This document shows, one piece after another, positions 1 to 14,726 of a stretch of DNA of 64,000 bases (its first letter is position 1; each line of letters begins with the position of its first letter). Under the pieces are notes generated by a model, which was not told the origin of the DNA, did not search any database, and worked only from the letters and a program-made list of their open reading frames with translations. The position numbers were made by a program, and so were the translations under genes. The DNA comes from an uncultured delta proteobacterium (lineage in GTDB: Bacteria > Myxococcota_A > Polyangia > Fen-1088), in contig CAVTRY010000007.1 in assembly GCA_963737265.1 (NCBI GenBank), forward strand, positions 352,001 through 416,000, read 5' to 3'.

Positions 1-1629
1 CGGGCCATCGGCATGACCGACGACGACTGGTCCAAGCCCCAGGTGGGGGTGGCGTCGTCGTGGAACGAGGTCACGCCGTGCAACATGCCGCTCGACCGGC
101 TGGCCAAGCGGTCCAAGGACGGCGTGCGCGACGCCGGCGGGTTCCCGATCGAGTTCGTCACCATCGCCGTGTCGGACGGGATCTCCATGGGCCACGAGGG
201 CATGCGGGCCTCGCTCGTGTCGCGCGAGGTCATCGCCGACTCGATCGAGACGGTGATGCACGCCGAGCGGTTCGACGCGCTGCTCACCTTCGCCGGGTGC
301 GACAAGTCGCTGCCCGGGCATGCTCATGGCCGCGGCCCGCCTCAACCTGCCCGTCGGTGTTCCTCTACGGCGGGTCGATCCTGCCCGGGAAGATCCCGGG
401 ACGGCCCGACGACCAGGCCCTCGACATCGTCAGCGTGTTCGAGGCCGTGGGCGCCCACGCCACGGGGTCGCTCTCCGACGAGGAGCTGTCGCTCATCGAG
501 CACCACGCCTGTCCCACGGCGGGGTCGTGCGCGGGGATGTTCACCGCCAACACCATGGCGTCGGTGGCCGAGGCCATCGGCATGTCGCTCCCGGGCTCGG
601 CCTCGCCCTCGGCGGTCGATCCCCGCCGCCAGGACTTCGCCTACGAGTCCGGCCGCGCCGTCATCGAGCTGCTCGGCCCGCGACATCCGGCCCCGCGACA
701 TCATGACCAAGGAGGCCTTCGAGAACGCCATCGCCGTGGTGATGGCGCTCGGCGGCTCGACCAACGCCGTGCTGCACCTCCTCGCCATCGCCAACGAGGC
801 GCGGGTCGAGCTCGCCCTCGACGACTTCAACCGGGTGGCGGCCCGCGTGCCGCACATCGCCGACACCAAGCCGCACGGCAAGTACCACATGGTGGACGTG
901 GACGCGCGTGGGGGGCGTCCCCGTGGTGATGCGGGAGCTGCTCGACGCCGGGCTCCTGCACGGCGACTGCCTCACCGTGACCGGCAGCACCGTGGCCGAG
1001 AACCTCGCCGCCCTCGACCCGCCCTGCACCCGACGGCAAGGTCGTCCACCCCCTGTCCGACCCCGATCCACGCCGACGGGCGGCATCGCCGTGCTGCGGG
1101 GCTCGATGGCGCCCAACGGCGGAGTGGTCAAGGTGGCGGGCATCGACTCGCACCCGCTTCGAGGGCACGGCCCGGGTCTTCGACGGGGAGCAGGGCGCGC
1201 TCGAGGCCATCCTGGCCGGGCAGATCGAGCCCGGCACCGTGGTCGTGATCCGCTACGAAGGGCCCCAAGGGCGGGCCCGGGCATGCGCGAGATGCTGGCC
1301 GTGACCGGGGCCATGAAGGGGGCGGGCCGCGGTGGGGACTGCGCGCTCGGTGACCGACGGGCGGTTCTCGGGCGGCACCCACGGGTTCTGCGTCGGGCCA
1401 CGTGGCGCCCGAGGCGGTCGACGGCGGGCCGATCGCCTTCGTGGCCGACGGCGACCGCATCGTGATCGACGTCGCCACCAAGACCATCGACCTCGTCGTC
1501 GACGACGCCGAGCTGGCCCGCCGGCGCGCCCAGTGGAAGCTGCCCGAGCCCCGCTACACCAGCGGCGTGCTCGCCAAGTACGCCCGCCTCGTGACCGGTG
1601 CCGAGCGGGGAGCCGTCACCGAGCCCTGA
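1..1629 (+). CDS. ilvD: Dihydroxy-acid dehydratase (5'-truncated by window; several apparent indels)
   Basis: Motifs across frames: [84 protein letters not shown]; stop at 1629. Confidence 0.95.
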
Positions 1630-1659
1630 CGCGTGGCCGGGCGCCGGGCCCTGAGCCGC

Positions 1660-2451
1660 TCAGGCGTCGGGCTCCGTCAGGTGCGGGTGGCCCGCCAGCA
1701 GCTCGTGACGTAGGGGACCACGATGCGGCCCCGGCCCGCCACGGCGGGATGGCTGGCGACGAAGTCGCCCACCCGGGCCAGGACCGCGGCCCGCTCGGCA
1801 TCGGGCAGGACCTGCACCTGGCTGCGGGTGGCCACCAGGTCCACGATGTCGGTGGGCGCCAGCTCCTGGGACCACCGGAAGTCGCGCGCCGCGGTGGCGG
1901 TGAAGGGCGCCCCGGGCGGGAGCAGCACGTCGGCGGCGCGCCGGTGATGGACGTCGTCGCCCCCGAACACCGACCCGAGCTCCGCCATCCACGCCACCCG
2001 CTCGTCGCGCAGGTTCCACAGCAGCCCGAAGGTCCCGCCGGGGCGCAGCACCCGGGCCACCTCGGCCGTGGCCCGATCGAGGTCGACCCAGTGCCACATC
2101 TGGGCCCCGATCACGACGTCGACGTCACCGTCGTCGACGGGGAGCTCCTCGGCGCTCCCGGCGCGCACGTCGGCCCGCGGGCACCCGCGCCTCGAGCACG
2201 GCCCGCATGTTGGGGTCGGGCTCGACCGCCACGACGTCGAGCCCCCGGGCCACGAGATCCCTGGTCGAGCGCGCCCGTCCCCGCCCCGAGGTCCAGCACC
2301 CGGCGCCGCGCCCGCCCGGGCGATGCCTGGCGGCGCCGGCTTCCTCGAGCAGCCACGCCACGCCGTCGGGCGGGTACCCGGGCCGGACCCGGTCGTAGGT
2401 GGCGGCCACGGGCCCGAAGGACTTGGCGCGACGGGCGGTGAGCTCGTCCAT
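1660..2451 (-). CDS. Class I SAM-dependent methyltransferase (frameshifted)
   Basis: SFGPVAATYDRVRPGYP, VLDLGAGTG, AVEPDPNM, GSAEELP, AQMWHWVD, ARVLRPGG spread over three frames. Confidence 0.85.
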
Positions 2452-2552
2452 GGCGCACAACCCTACGGGGGCGCGCCGTCACGTGCCCATTCCGGCGCCA
2501 TCGGAGGTGCGGGGGTTGCCGCGCGCCCGGCGCGTGCAAGACTGTGCGGACC

Positions 2553-2670
2553 ATGACCGGAGAGACCCGTCACGACCGACCGCCTTCTCGTAGTTCTCCG
2601 GTAGCGCACGTCGCCGCGACAGCGGTTCCGTGCGCCTTGCGACCTCCCCGACGGGAGGTCGTTTCATTTT
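2553..2670 (+). promoter_or_regulatory. ilvB transcription attenuator: leader peptide ending R-L-L-V-V-L-R-stop, hairpin, intrinsic terminator
   Basis: CTT CTC GTA GTT CTC CGG TAG at 2584-2604; ATG 2553 is one base out of frame (probable indel); GCGCACG/CGTGCGC stem follows the stop. Confidence 0.8.
2640..2670 (+). terminator. Attenuator terminator upstream of ilvB
   Basis: Perfect 9-bp stem CGACCTCCC-cgac-GGGAGGTCG followed by TTTCATTTT. Confidence 0.9.
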
Positions 2671-2808
2671 CCGGCCACGAGATCCCCCGACCGAGACCAT
2701 CCGCAGCACCCCGCTGCAGGCACCCTCACCGACCAGACCCTCACACACCCGACCAGCGAGCCCCCATCCCCATGACCATCCCCCGAGACCCCGACAGACA
2801 GGAACGCC

Positions 2809-4628
2809 ATGCGACTGACAGGGGCCCAGGCCCTCATCAAGAGCCTCGAGATGCAGCACGTGGAGGTCATCTTCGGCCTCCCCGGCGGGGCGATCCTGCC
2901 CGTGTACGACCCCATCCTCGACTCGTCGATCCGCCACGTCCTGGTGCGCCACGAGCAGGGGGCGGGGCACATGGCCGAGGGCTACGCGCACGTCACGGGC
3001 CGGCCCGGCGTGGCCATGGTCACGAGCGGGCCCGGGCGCCACCAACATCGTGACGCCCCTGGCCGACGCCATGATGGACTCGATCCCCATCGTGGTGATC
3101 ACGGGCCAGGTGGCCACCACCGCCATCGGCACCGACGCCTTCCAGGAGTGCCCCATCACCGGCGTGACCATGGACATCACCAAGCACAACTGGCTCGTCA
3201 CCGACGCCCAGGACCTGCCGCGAGTCGTCGCCGAGGCCTTCCACGTGGCCACGACCGGTCGCCCCGGCCCCGTGCTCGTCGACGTGCCCAAGGACGTCTC
3301 CAACGCCATGATGGACTGGTACTGGCCCGCGTCGCTCGACGAGCTCGACCTGCCCGGCTACAAGCCCCAGACCGAGGGCGACCCCGCTGCTCGTCCGCGA
3401 GGCGGCCGAGCTGATCCTCGGCGCGCGAGCGCCCCGTGATCTACGCCGGCGGCGGCATCCTGAAGGCCCGGGCCGCCGAGGTGCTGCGCGAGCTGGCCGA
3501 GCGCACCGGCATCCCCGTGGTCACCACGCTCATGGCCCGCGGCGCCTTCCCCGACCGCCATCCGCTGTGCCTCGGGCATGCCGGGCATGCACGGCAACTA
3601 CACCGCCGTCACCGCCATGCAGCGCGCCGACCTGCTCATCGCCCTCGGGAGCCGCTTCGACGACCGCGTCACCGGCAAGATCAGCGCCTTCGCCCCCGAG
3701 CGCCAAGGTCATCCACGTCGACATCGACCCGGCCGAGCTCGGCAAGGTCCGGCGCCCCGACGTCGCCATCGCCGGCGACTGCCGTGTCGTGATCGAGGAG
3801 ATGCTCCGGGCTCTGGAGTCCTTGGGACTGGGCCCTGTCCCGGGCCTCGGTGAGTGGATGGCCCGTCGGTGGTCGGCACCGTCGGTGGCGCAGGCTCGGT
3901 GGCGGCCGGCGTGGCCCGACCTGGCGGCCGTGCGACTCGGCCCCTGGATGCGCAGCTGCGCGTGGCAGGAGGAGTTCCCGCTCGCCTACGACCAGGAGGA
4001 GGGCGGCGCCCTCAAGCCGCAGTACGTGGTGGAGACGCTGCGCGACGCCACGCCCGACGACACCATCGTGGTGGCCGGCGTGGGCCAGCACCAGATGTGG
4101 GCCTCGCAGTACTGGAAGTTCGACAACCCCTACACGTGGGTGAACTCCGGCGGCGCGGGCACCATGGGCTTCGCCGTGCCCGCGGCGATCGGGGCCAAGG
4201 TGGGCCGGCCCGACAAGATGGTGTGGGCCATCGACGGCGACGGCTGCTTCCAGATGACCGCCCAGGAGCTCGTCACCGCGTCGGCCGAGCGCATCCCGAT
4301 CAAGGTGGCCATCCTCAACAACGCCTATCTGGGCATGGTGCGCCAGTGGCAGGAGCTGTTCTACGAGGAGCGCTACTCCGAGGTGTACCTCTCGCCCGAC
4401 CTTCCCGACTACGTGAAGTGGGCCGAGGCCATGGGCTGCGTCGGGCTCAGGGTGGAGTCCGCCGAGGAGGTGGCGCCCGCCATCGAGAAGGCCAACGGGA
4501 TCGACGACCGCCCCGTCGTCATCGACTTCCGCACCGACGCCTTCGAGAAGGTGTACCCCATGGTCCCCGCCGGCGCCTCCAACGACGACATCATCGTGGG
4601 GCCCTCGGGGGGCGAGGGGGGACGATGA
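2809..4628 (+). CDS. ilvB: Acetolactate synthase large subunit (frameshifted)
   Basis: [55 protein letters not shown]...NN ThDP-binding motif. Confidence 0.96.
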
Positions 4629-5282
4629 CCCGCCGGCAGCACGCCCGGCACCCCCGTGCCGGCAGCACCGGCATCGACGCTGGCCGGTGGCCGACCGGCA
4701 CCACATCGTCACGGCCATGGTCGAGAACAAGGCCGGCGTGCTCGCCCGCGTCGCCAGCCTGTTCAGCCGGCGGGGGTTCAACATCTTCTCGTTGGCCGTG
4801 GCACCCACCGACGACGAGCGCTTCAGCCGCATCACGATCGTGGTGGACGTGGAGTCCGCTCCGCTGGAGCAGATCATGAAGCAGCTCGACAAGCTCATCA
4901 ACGTGGTGTCGATCACCGAGCTCGCCCCCGACGAGGCCGTCGAGCGCGAGCTGCTCCTCGTGACCGTCGGGGCAGCCGGGGGCCGCCGCCGGCCGACGAG
5001 CGCGGCAGGTGATCGCGGCATTGGTGGGCGTCGTTCGGGGGCACGATCGTCGACGAGGCCGCCGACGCGCATGACGGTGATGCTGGCGGGCACGCCCGAG
5101 CCGAATCGACGAATTCGAGGACCTGATGCGGCCCTTCGGCATCACCGAGCTCCAGCGGACGGGCCTGGTGGCCCTGCCTAAGCTGTCGCCCGGTCACGCC
5201 GGCCCGCGACGCCGCCCCGTTGCACAGCGTCACCGGCACCGGAGCGCACGGTACCGGGGCCCACCAGGGAGAGGCAGGCTGA
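4625..5282 (+). CDS. ilvN: Acetolactate synthase small regulatory subunit (frameshifted; start 4625 or 4687)
   Basis: VENKAGVLARVASLFSRRGFNI, EQIMKQLDKLINV, VERELLLV, PFGITELQRTG. Confidence 0.93.
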
Positions 5283-5283
5283 G

Positions 5284-6311
<1,028 letters not shown>

Positions 6312-6318
6312 GGCCGCC

Positions 6319-7916
6319 GTGACGTCGCCGTCGGCGGCTCGACCGGCGTGGTCGCTCCGACCGGGCGGCTCCGCTGACCGCGGCGGTCGTCTGAAGGGTC
6401 TGCCGCTCGAGGAGGTGCGCGCCGCCGCGCTGGAACGGGCCCAGGCGCTCGGGTGCAGCCACGCCGAGGTCCGGGTGGAGCGGATCCGGTCGCAGTTCGT
6501 GTCGCTGCGCGACGGCGCGGGTCGAGACCACCGTGGACGACACCGAGATCGGGGTCGGGCTGCGGGTGGTGCGCGACGGGTCCATCGGGTTCGCGGCCAC
6601 GGTCGAGCTCAACGCCGACGCCGCCGCCGGCTCGCCGACGAAGCCGCCGGCGTTGGCCGCCGAGACGGCCTCGGCCCTGGGCCGGCCCGTCGATGCTGGC
6701 CGAGGAGCCCGCCCACGGCGACGGTCCACTGGTCGTCGCCCTACGAGGTCGACCCCACCGACGGTGCCGCTGGCCGACAAGGTGGCGCTCCTCGAGGAGT
6801 GGAGCGCGCCGCCTCATGGGGTCGGACGCGCGTCGACCACGTCGCGGCCCGGGTGCTGTGCGTCGTGGAGGACAAGCACTACGCCGATCTGTCGGGCACC
6901 GTGACGACCCAGCGGCGGGTGCGCATCTACCCGGTCGTCGAAGCCGTCGCCGTGGACGCGCGAGTCGGGGTCGTTCGAGTCGATGCGCACCATGGCGCCC
7001 CCCGTGGGCCGGGGCTGGGAGTACACCGACCGGGCAGGGTTGGGACTGGGACGCCGAGCTCGAGACGCTCCCCGAGCTGCTGGCCGAGAAGGTGGCGGCG
7101 CCCTCGGTGGAAGCCGGGCACCTACGACCTCGTCATCGACCCCTCCAACCTGTGGCTCACCATCCACGAGTCGGTCGGACACGCCACCGAGCTCGACCGG
7201 GCCCTCGGGTACGAGGCGGCCTACGCCGGGCACGTCCTTCGCCACCTTCGACAAGCTCGGCACCCTGCAGTACGGGTCGCCGGTCATGCACGTGATCGGG
7301 GACCGCACCACGCCGCACGGGCTGGCCACGGTCGGCTACGACGACGAAGGGGTCGCGGCCCAGAGCTTCGACATCGTGCGCGACGGGGTGCTCGTCGGGC
7401 TACCAGCTCGACCGGCGCATGGCGGCCGAGAACGGCTTCGGCCGTTCCAACGGCTGCGCCTTCGCCGACTCGCCGTTGCACGTGCCCATCCAGCGCATGG
7501 CCAACGTGTCGCTCCAGCCCGCGCCGGGACCCGGGCCCGGACCGAGCACCGAGGAGCTGCGTCGTCGGGCGTCGAGCGGGGCATCTACGTGGTCGGGGAC
7601 AAGAGCTGGTCGATCGACATGCAGCGCTACAACTTCCAGTTCACCGGTCAGCGCTTCTACCGGATCGAGAACGGCCGGCTGGCCGGGCAGTGCAAGGACG
7701 TCGCCTACCAGGCGCAGACCACGGAGTTCTGGGGATCGCTCGAGGCCGTCGGGCGGCCGCTCCACCTACGTGCTCGGGGGCGCCTTCAACTGCGGCAAGG
7801 GCCAGCCCGGGCAGGTGGCGCCGGTCAGCCACGGTTGCCCGTCCGCCCTGTTCCGCGGCATCAACGTCCTCAACGCCCGGGCCGAGGCCGCGGCATGTCG
7901 GCGGCGCGGCCGATGA
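6319..7916 (+). CDS. tldD: TldD/PmbA family metalloprotease, TldD subunit (frameshifted)
   Basis: LWLTIHESVGHATELDRALGYE, YDDEGV, PIQRMANVSL, SWSIDMQRYNFQF, GAFNCGKGQPGQ. Confidence 0.9.
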
Positions 7917-7953
7917 GCGGGCGGGCCGATGAGCGGACGCGCCGACGGCCGCC

Positions 7954-9412
7954 GTGATCGCGCCGACGCCCCAGGAGGTGGTCGAGCGTGCCCTGGCGCG
8001 CGAGCCGCGCCGAGGGCTGCGTCGTGATCGTCGAGGAGGTCAGCCAGGTCGAGGTCCGCTTCGCCAACAACACGACCACCACCAACGGCGTGCGCCGCGA
8101 CCGCCGTGTGGCCGTGGTGAGCTTCGCGCGGTGGGGGGCGACGGGAGCGCGGGGTTCCCCGGTCGGCCGTGGGCGTGGCCAGCCGCAGCGGCGAGGTCGA
8201 CGTGGAGGAGCTCGTGCGGGCCAGCGAGGTCGAGGCCGAGGCGAGCCGCCCCGGCCGACGACGCCGCGCCGCTTGATCGAGCCGACGGGCTCGACGCCAG
8301 CGGGCCCGACGGCGGCCGAGGTCGGTGCAGCGACGCGGCGTTCGACGAGCCGGCACCGGCGACGTCACCGGCCGTGCTCGGCGGGGTCATCTCGGTCTCG
8401 GGGGCGCCTTCGACCGGGCCCGGGCGGCCGGCAACATCCTGGCGGGGTTCGCCACACACGAGCGTCGAGACCGTCTACCTGGGCACGAGCACCGGGGTCC
8501 GGCTCCGCCACGTCCAACCGGCCGGGATCGATGCGAGCTCGTGGCCCGCAGCGCCGACGGAACCCGCTCGGTCTGGGCCGGCACGGGCACCGCTCGACCT
8601 TCGACGACATCGACGTGGCCGCCTTCGAGGCCCGCCTCGACCGCCGCCTGGCCTGGGCCGCAGCGCCGCGTCGAGCTGCCCGCCGGGCGCTACGAGGTGC
8701 TCCTCCCCCCCGACGCCACCGCCGACCTCATGGTGCCGATGTCGGAGGCCATGTCGGGCCGGGACGCCGAGGAAGGCCGCAGTCCCTTCTCGGCCCCGGG
8801 GGGCGGGACCAAGATCGGCGAGCCGCTGTGCCCGCTGCCGTTCGAACTGCGCGGCGACCCGGCCGAAGCCGGGCCTCGAGTCGGCGCCGTTCCTGGTGAC
8901 CACGCGCGTCGGGCACCGACGTGTCGGTGTTCGACAACGGGCTCGCCGCTCGGCCGCACCCGCTGGATCGAGGGGGCAAGCTGCGACCGCCTGCGCTACC
9001 ACCGGGCCGGCGCCGGCGCGCTCGGGCGTCGAGCCGCTCGCCCCCGGTCGGCAACCTGGTCCTGCGAGCTGCCCGGTGCCACGGCGTCGCTCGACGACAT
9101 GGTCGCCGACACCGAACGGGGGCTGCTCCTCACCTGCCTGTGGTACATCCGCGAGGTCGACCCGGTGACGCTCCTGCTCACCGGGCTCACCCGCGACGGC
9201 GTCTACCTGGTCGAGCAGGGCGAGGTGGTCGGGCGCGGTGAACAACTTCCGCTTCAACGAGAGCCCGCTCGACGTCCTGGCCCGCACGACCGAGGCGGGC
9301 GCGCAGCGAGCGGGCGCTGTCGCGCGAGTGGGGCGAGTGGATGAACCGCACCGCCATGCCGCCGCTGCGGGTGGCCGACTTCAACATGAGCTCGGTGAGC
9401 CCGGCCACCTGA
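7954..9412 (+). CDS. TldE/PmbA-like partner subunit (frameshifted)
   Basis: VRFANNTTTTNG, LPAGRYEVLLPP, LTCLWYIREVDP, TGLTRDG, NNFRFNESP; adjacent to tldD. Confidence 0.85.
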
Positions 9413-9483
9413 TGCACCCGCCTGCTTCACTGTGATCCACTGCCCGAGCACACGGGTTGCAAGCCCCATCGGCCCCCCGTAGC

Positions 9484-10659
<1,176 letters not shown>

Positions 10660-10669
10660 GTGTGCAAGC

Positions 10670-11962
10670 ATGGCAGCCATGGCGACCCCGTCCGACGAAG
10701 ACCGGCACGTCGACGGCCCTCGACGGCCCTCGACCGGCACGCGCCGGAACCCGGTCGCGCATCTCGGCCCGGGTGGCGGCGGTGTCGCCGTCGGCCACGC
10801 TGGCCGTCGACGCCAAGGCCAAGGCGCTGCGCGCCGACGGGGCCGACGTCATCGGGTTCGGGGCCGGCGAGCCGGACTTCCCCACGCCCGCCCACATCGT
10901 CGAGGCGGCCGTGGCCGCCTGCTACGACCCCGTCAACCACCACTACACCCCCACCGCCGGGATCGCCCCCCTGCGCGAGGCCATCGCGGCCAAGACCGCG
11001 CGCGACTCGGGCTACGAGGTGACGCCCGTCGCAGGTGCTGGTCACCAACGGCGCCAAGCAGGCGGTCTACGAGGCGTTCGCGACGGTGCTCGACCCGGGC
11101 GACGAAGGTGCTCGTGCCGGCGCCGTACTGGACGACCTACCCCGAAGTCGTCGCGCTGGCCGGCGGGGTGCCGGTCGCCGTCCCCACCGACGAGTCGACC
11201 GGGTTCCACCTGACCGTCGACGCCCTCGAGGCGGCCGTGACCCCGGCCACCAAGGTCCTGCTGTTCGTGTCGCCCAACAACCCCACCGGCGCGGTGTGCA
11301 CCCCCGAGGAGGTGCGTCGCCATCGGCCAGCTGGGCGGCCGAGCGCGGCCTGTGGGTCGTCACCGACGAGATCTACGAGCATCTCGTCTACGGCGAGACG
11401 CGGCTTCAGCTCCATGCCCGTGTGCCGTGCCCGAGCTCGCCGAGCGCTGCATCGTCATCAACGGCGTGGCCAAGACCTACGCCATGACCGGATGGCGCGT
11501 CGGATGGCTGATCGGCCCCCCCGACGTGGTCGAGGCCGCCTCCAACCTGCAGTCCCACGCCACCTCCAACGTCTCCAACGTCGTCCCAGCGAGCCGCGTT
11601 GGCCGCCCTCGACGGGCGACCTCGACGCGGTGGGCGAGATGCGCGCCGCCTTCGACCGCCGCCGGCGCACCATCCACTCCATGCTGAACGAGTGCGACGG
11701 GGTCACGTGCGTGGAGCCCGAGGGCGCCTTCTACGCCTTCCCGTCGGTGCGGGGGCTGCTGCGGCCGGCGCGCTGGCGGGCCGACTCGTGTCGAGCTCGG
11801 CCGACGTCGCCGACGGTGGCCATCGACGAGGTCCAGGTGGCCGTGGTCCCCGGCGAGGCCTTCGGTGCCCACGGGTACCTGCGCCTGTCCTACGCGCTGG
11901 GCGACGACGCCATCGTCGAGGGCGTGTCCCGCCTCGGCAAGCTCTTCGCCACCGCCGAGTAG
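10670..11962 (+). CDS. Class I/II PLP-dependent aminotransferase, AspC-like (frameshifted)
   Basis: [62 protein letters not shown]. Confidence 0.9.
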   Translation: MAAMATPSDEDRHVDGPRRPSTGTRRNPVAHLGPGGGGVAVGHAGRRRQGQGAARRRGRRHRVRGRRAGLPHARPHRRGGRGRLLRPRQPPLHPHRRDRPPARGHRGQDRARLGLRGDARRRCWSPTAPSRRSTRRSRRCSTRATKVLVPAPYWTTYPEVVALAGGVPVAVPTDESTGFHLTVDALEAAVTPATKVLLFVSPNNPTGAVCTPEEVRRHRPAGRPSAACGSSPTRSTSISSTARRGFSSMPVCRARARRALHRHQRRGQDLRHDRMARRMADRPPRRGRGRLQPAVPRHLQRLQRRPSEPRWPPSTGDLDAVGEMRAAFDRRRRTIHSMLNECDGVTCVEPEGAFYAFPSVRGLLRPARWRADSCRARPTSPTVAIDEVQVAVVPGEAFGAHGYLRLSYALGDDAIVEGVSRLGKLFATAE

Positions 11963-12006
11963 CGCTGGGCGCCGAGTCGCGGTCACAGGCCGAGCGCCGG
12001 TAGAGG

Positions 12007-12085
12007 CGTCGATCACAGCAGCAGACGTCGATCACAGCAGAACGTCGATCACAGACAACGTCGATCACAGACACGTCGATCGCAG
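12007..12085 (+). repeat. Five copies of CGTCGATC(A/G)CAG upstream of serA
   Basis: Copies start at 12007, 12026, 12043, 12059 and 12074. Confidence 0.9.
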
Positions 12086-12116
12086 CCGACGACGAGCAAG
12101 GAAGGCGACGAGCCAC

Positions 12117-13689
12117 ATGGCACGGGTACTCATCACCGAGAAGCTCGCCGAGCGTGGGCTCAAGACGCTGGCCGACGCCGGCCACGAAGTCGACGTGCAG
12201 CTCGATCTCGATCCCCGAGGCTCTGCTCGACGCCATCGTGGGCGCCCACGCGCTGATCGTCCGCTCGGCCACCCAGGTCACCGCCGAGGTCCTCGAGGCC
12301 GGGACCGACCTCGTCGTGGTGGGGCGGGCCGGTATCGGGCTCGACAACGTGGACGTCGAGGCGGCCACACGGCGCGGCGTCATGGTGGTGAACGCACCCG
12401 AGTCGAACGTGCTCTCGGCGGCCGAGCACGCCATGGCGCTGCTGCTGGCGCAGGCGCGCAACATCCCCCAGGCCCACGCCGCGCTCGATGGCGGGGAAGT
12501 GGGAGCGCTCGAAGTGGGAGGGCGTCGAGCTCCACGGCAAGACGCTCGGCGTGGTCGGGCTGGGCCGCATCGGCGCGCTGGTGGCCCAGCGGGCGCTCGC
12601 CTTCGGCATGCGCCTGTGCGCCTACGACCCCTACGTCTCGCCCGACCGGGCCCGGCACATGGGGGTCGAGATGCTGCCGCTCGACGAGCTCGTGGCCGAG
12701 TCCGACTTCCTCACCATCCACCTGCCCAAGACGGCGGAGACGGCGGGGCTGATCGGCGCCGAGCTGCTGGCCAAGGCCAAGCCGGGCATCCGCATCGTGA
12801 ACGCGGCACGCGGCGGGATCGTCGACGAGGAGGCGCTGGCCGACGCGCTGCGCTCGGGCCGGGTCGGAGGGCGCCGCCTTCGACGTCTTCGCCACCGAGC
12901 CCTGCACCGACTCGCCGCTCTTCGAGTTCCCGACCGTGGTGGTCACCCCCCACCTGGGCGCGTCCACGGCCGAAGCGCAGGACAAGGCGGGCGTGACGAT
13001 CGCCGAGCAGGTCAACCTGGCGCTGGCGGGGGACTTCGTGCCCTTCGCCGTCAACGTCGCCGCCACCGAGGTGTCGGAGACCGTCCGCCCCTTCCTCCGC
13101 CTGGCCGAACAGCTCGGCCGGTGCTTCGCCTGTCTCAACGACGGGCTGCCCGAGCGGCTCGAGGTCGAGTACCAGGGCGGCCTGGCCGGCGCCAACACCT
13201 CGATCCTGACCCTGGCGGTGCTCAAGGGCATCTTCTCGGCCGGCACCGAGGAGCCCGTGTCCTACGTGAACGCACCCCAGCTGGCCGCGGAGCGGGGCCT
13301 CGAAGTGCGCGAGGTCTCGACCGCCACGGCCCGCGACTACGTGAACCTGATCACCCTGCGCTCGCCCGAGCACTCCATCGCCGGCACGCTGACCGGCACG
13401 CGCTCCGAGTCGCGCATCGTGCTCGTCGACGACCACACCGTCGAGGTGCCGCCCGCCGAGCACATGCTCGATCGTGCGCAACGACGACCGGCCCGGGATG
13501 ATCGGCGTGGTGGGCGTCGTCCTGGGCGAGGCCGGCGTGTCGATCTCCTCGATGGACGTCGACCCGTCCCGCACCGAGGGCACGGCGCTCATGGTGCTCT
13601 CCACCGACCGCGCCATCCCCGACGACGCCTTCGCCCTGCTGCAGGCGACCGACGGCATTCTCGACATCCACCGCATCACCTGCGTCTGA
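12117..13689 (+). CDS. serA: D-3-phosphoglycerate dehydrogenase with C-terminal ASB/ACT region (frameshifted)
   Basis: [54 protein letters not shown]. Confidence 0.95.
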
Positions 13690-13750
13690 CGGCTGCGGCT
13701 CGGCTCGTTGAGCGGTCGGCCGCTCTGGCCACCGGGTTAGCCTCGGGGAC

Positions 13751-14726
13751 ATCGACGACCACCTCGACCGGACCCGCGATGGCGACGGGGAGGTTCTCGA
13801 GGCGGCTCGCGGCGGCGACCGCGACGCTCTCGAGCTCCTGGTCACGGCGCACTACGACCGGGTATACGCGCTGTGTCGGCGGATGCTCGGCAACGAGGCC
13901 GACGCCCTCGACGCCACCCAGGACGCGCTCCTCGCCGCGATCCGGTGCACTCGGCCGGTTCGACGGGCGGAGCTCGTTCGGTACCTGGTTGTATCGCATC
14001 GCCACCAACACCTGCATCGACGAGATGCGACGCCGCCGACGTCGGCCCGTGACGGGCATCTCCGCTGACGTCTCAGAGATCGCCGACGACATCTCGTTCG
14101 GCCCGCAGGGCTTGTTCGTCGTACCACCCCGAGCGGACCTGTCCCCGGTTGACGCTTCCGAGCAACATGAGGACACCGTTGCGGGCTCACCTCCCGAGAA
14201 CGATCGATCCGGCAACCGCGCGGTGAGGTCCTCGGGTAGGGGTGGAGGTGCCGGCCGCGCCGGGGGCGCCGGCGGGTGGCCAGGTCGTTCCGACCATGCC
14301 GACCCGGCCGACTTGGCTTCGGCCCGAGTCGACATCGACGCCGCACTGGCGATGCTCCCGATCGAATTCCGGACGGCGGTCGTCCTACGCGACGTCTGCG
14401 ATCTTGCCTACGACGAGATCGCGGCGATTCTGGGCGTCCCGGTGGGAACTGTGCGGTCGCGCATCGCCCGGGCTCGATCGGCGTTGGCGGTCACGTGGAG
14501 TAACGCGCCCAGCGGGGGCGGCGCCGCGGCCGATGGCGCCGAGCGGGGTGACGCGCGGAACCAATCGGTCCCGCCCGACGTCAAACCACAGCAGAGCACG
14601 ATGCCGAGCCCGCCCGCAGTAACGGAGCAACCCGGGGACAGACGGGCCCCGTCACGCCGCAAGCGTCTGCGCGAACCGATCGCCGAGCAGTCCCAGGCCA
14701 ACCAGGAAGAAGAGCGCACTCAATGA
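13751..14726 (+). CDS. ECF sigma factor, SigM/SigT-like, with long inter-domain linker (start uncertain; one frameshift)
   Basis: [10 protein letters not shown]...[60 protein letters not shown]. Confidence 0.9.
14557..14584 (+). promoter_or_regulatory. Candidate ECF promoter inside the sigma gene 3' end, facing the anti-sigma gene
   Basis: GGAACC-N16-CGTCAA. Confidence 0.65.

Noticed and set aside
12936-14726. SerA-sigma factor fusion (596-aa ORF)
   Set aside because: Produced by indels. serA has its own stop at 13689 and the sigma N-terminus is in another frame.
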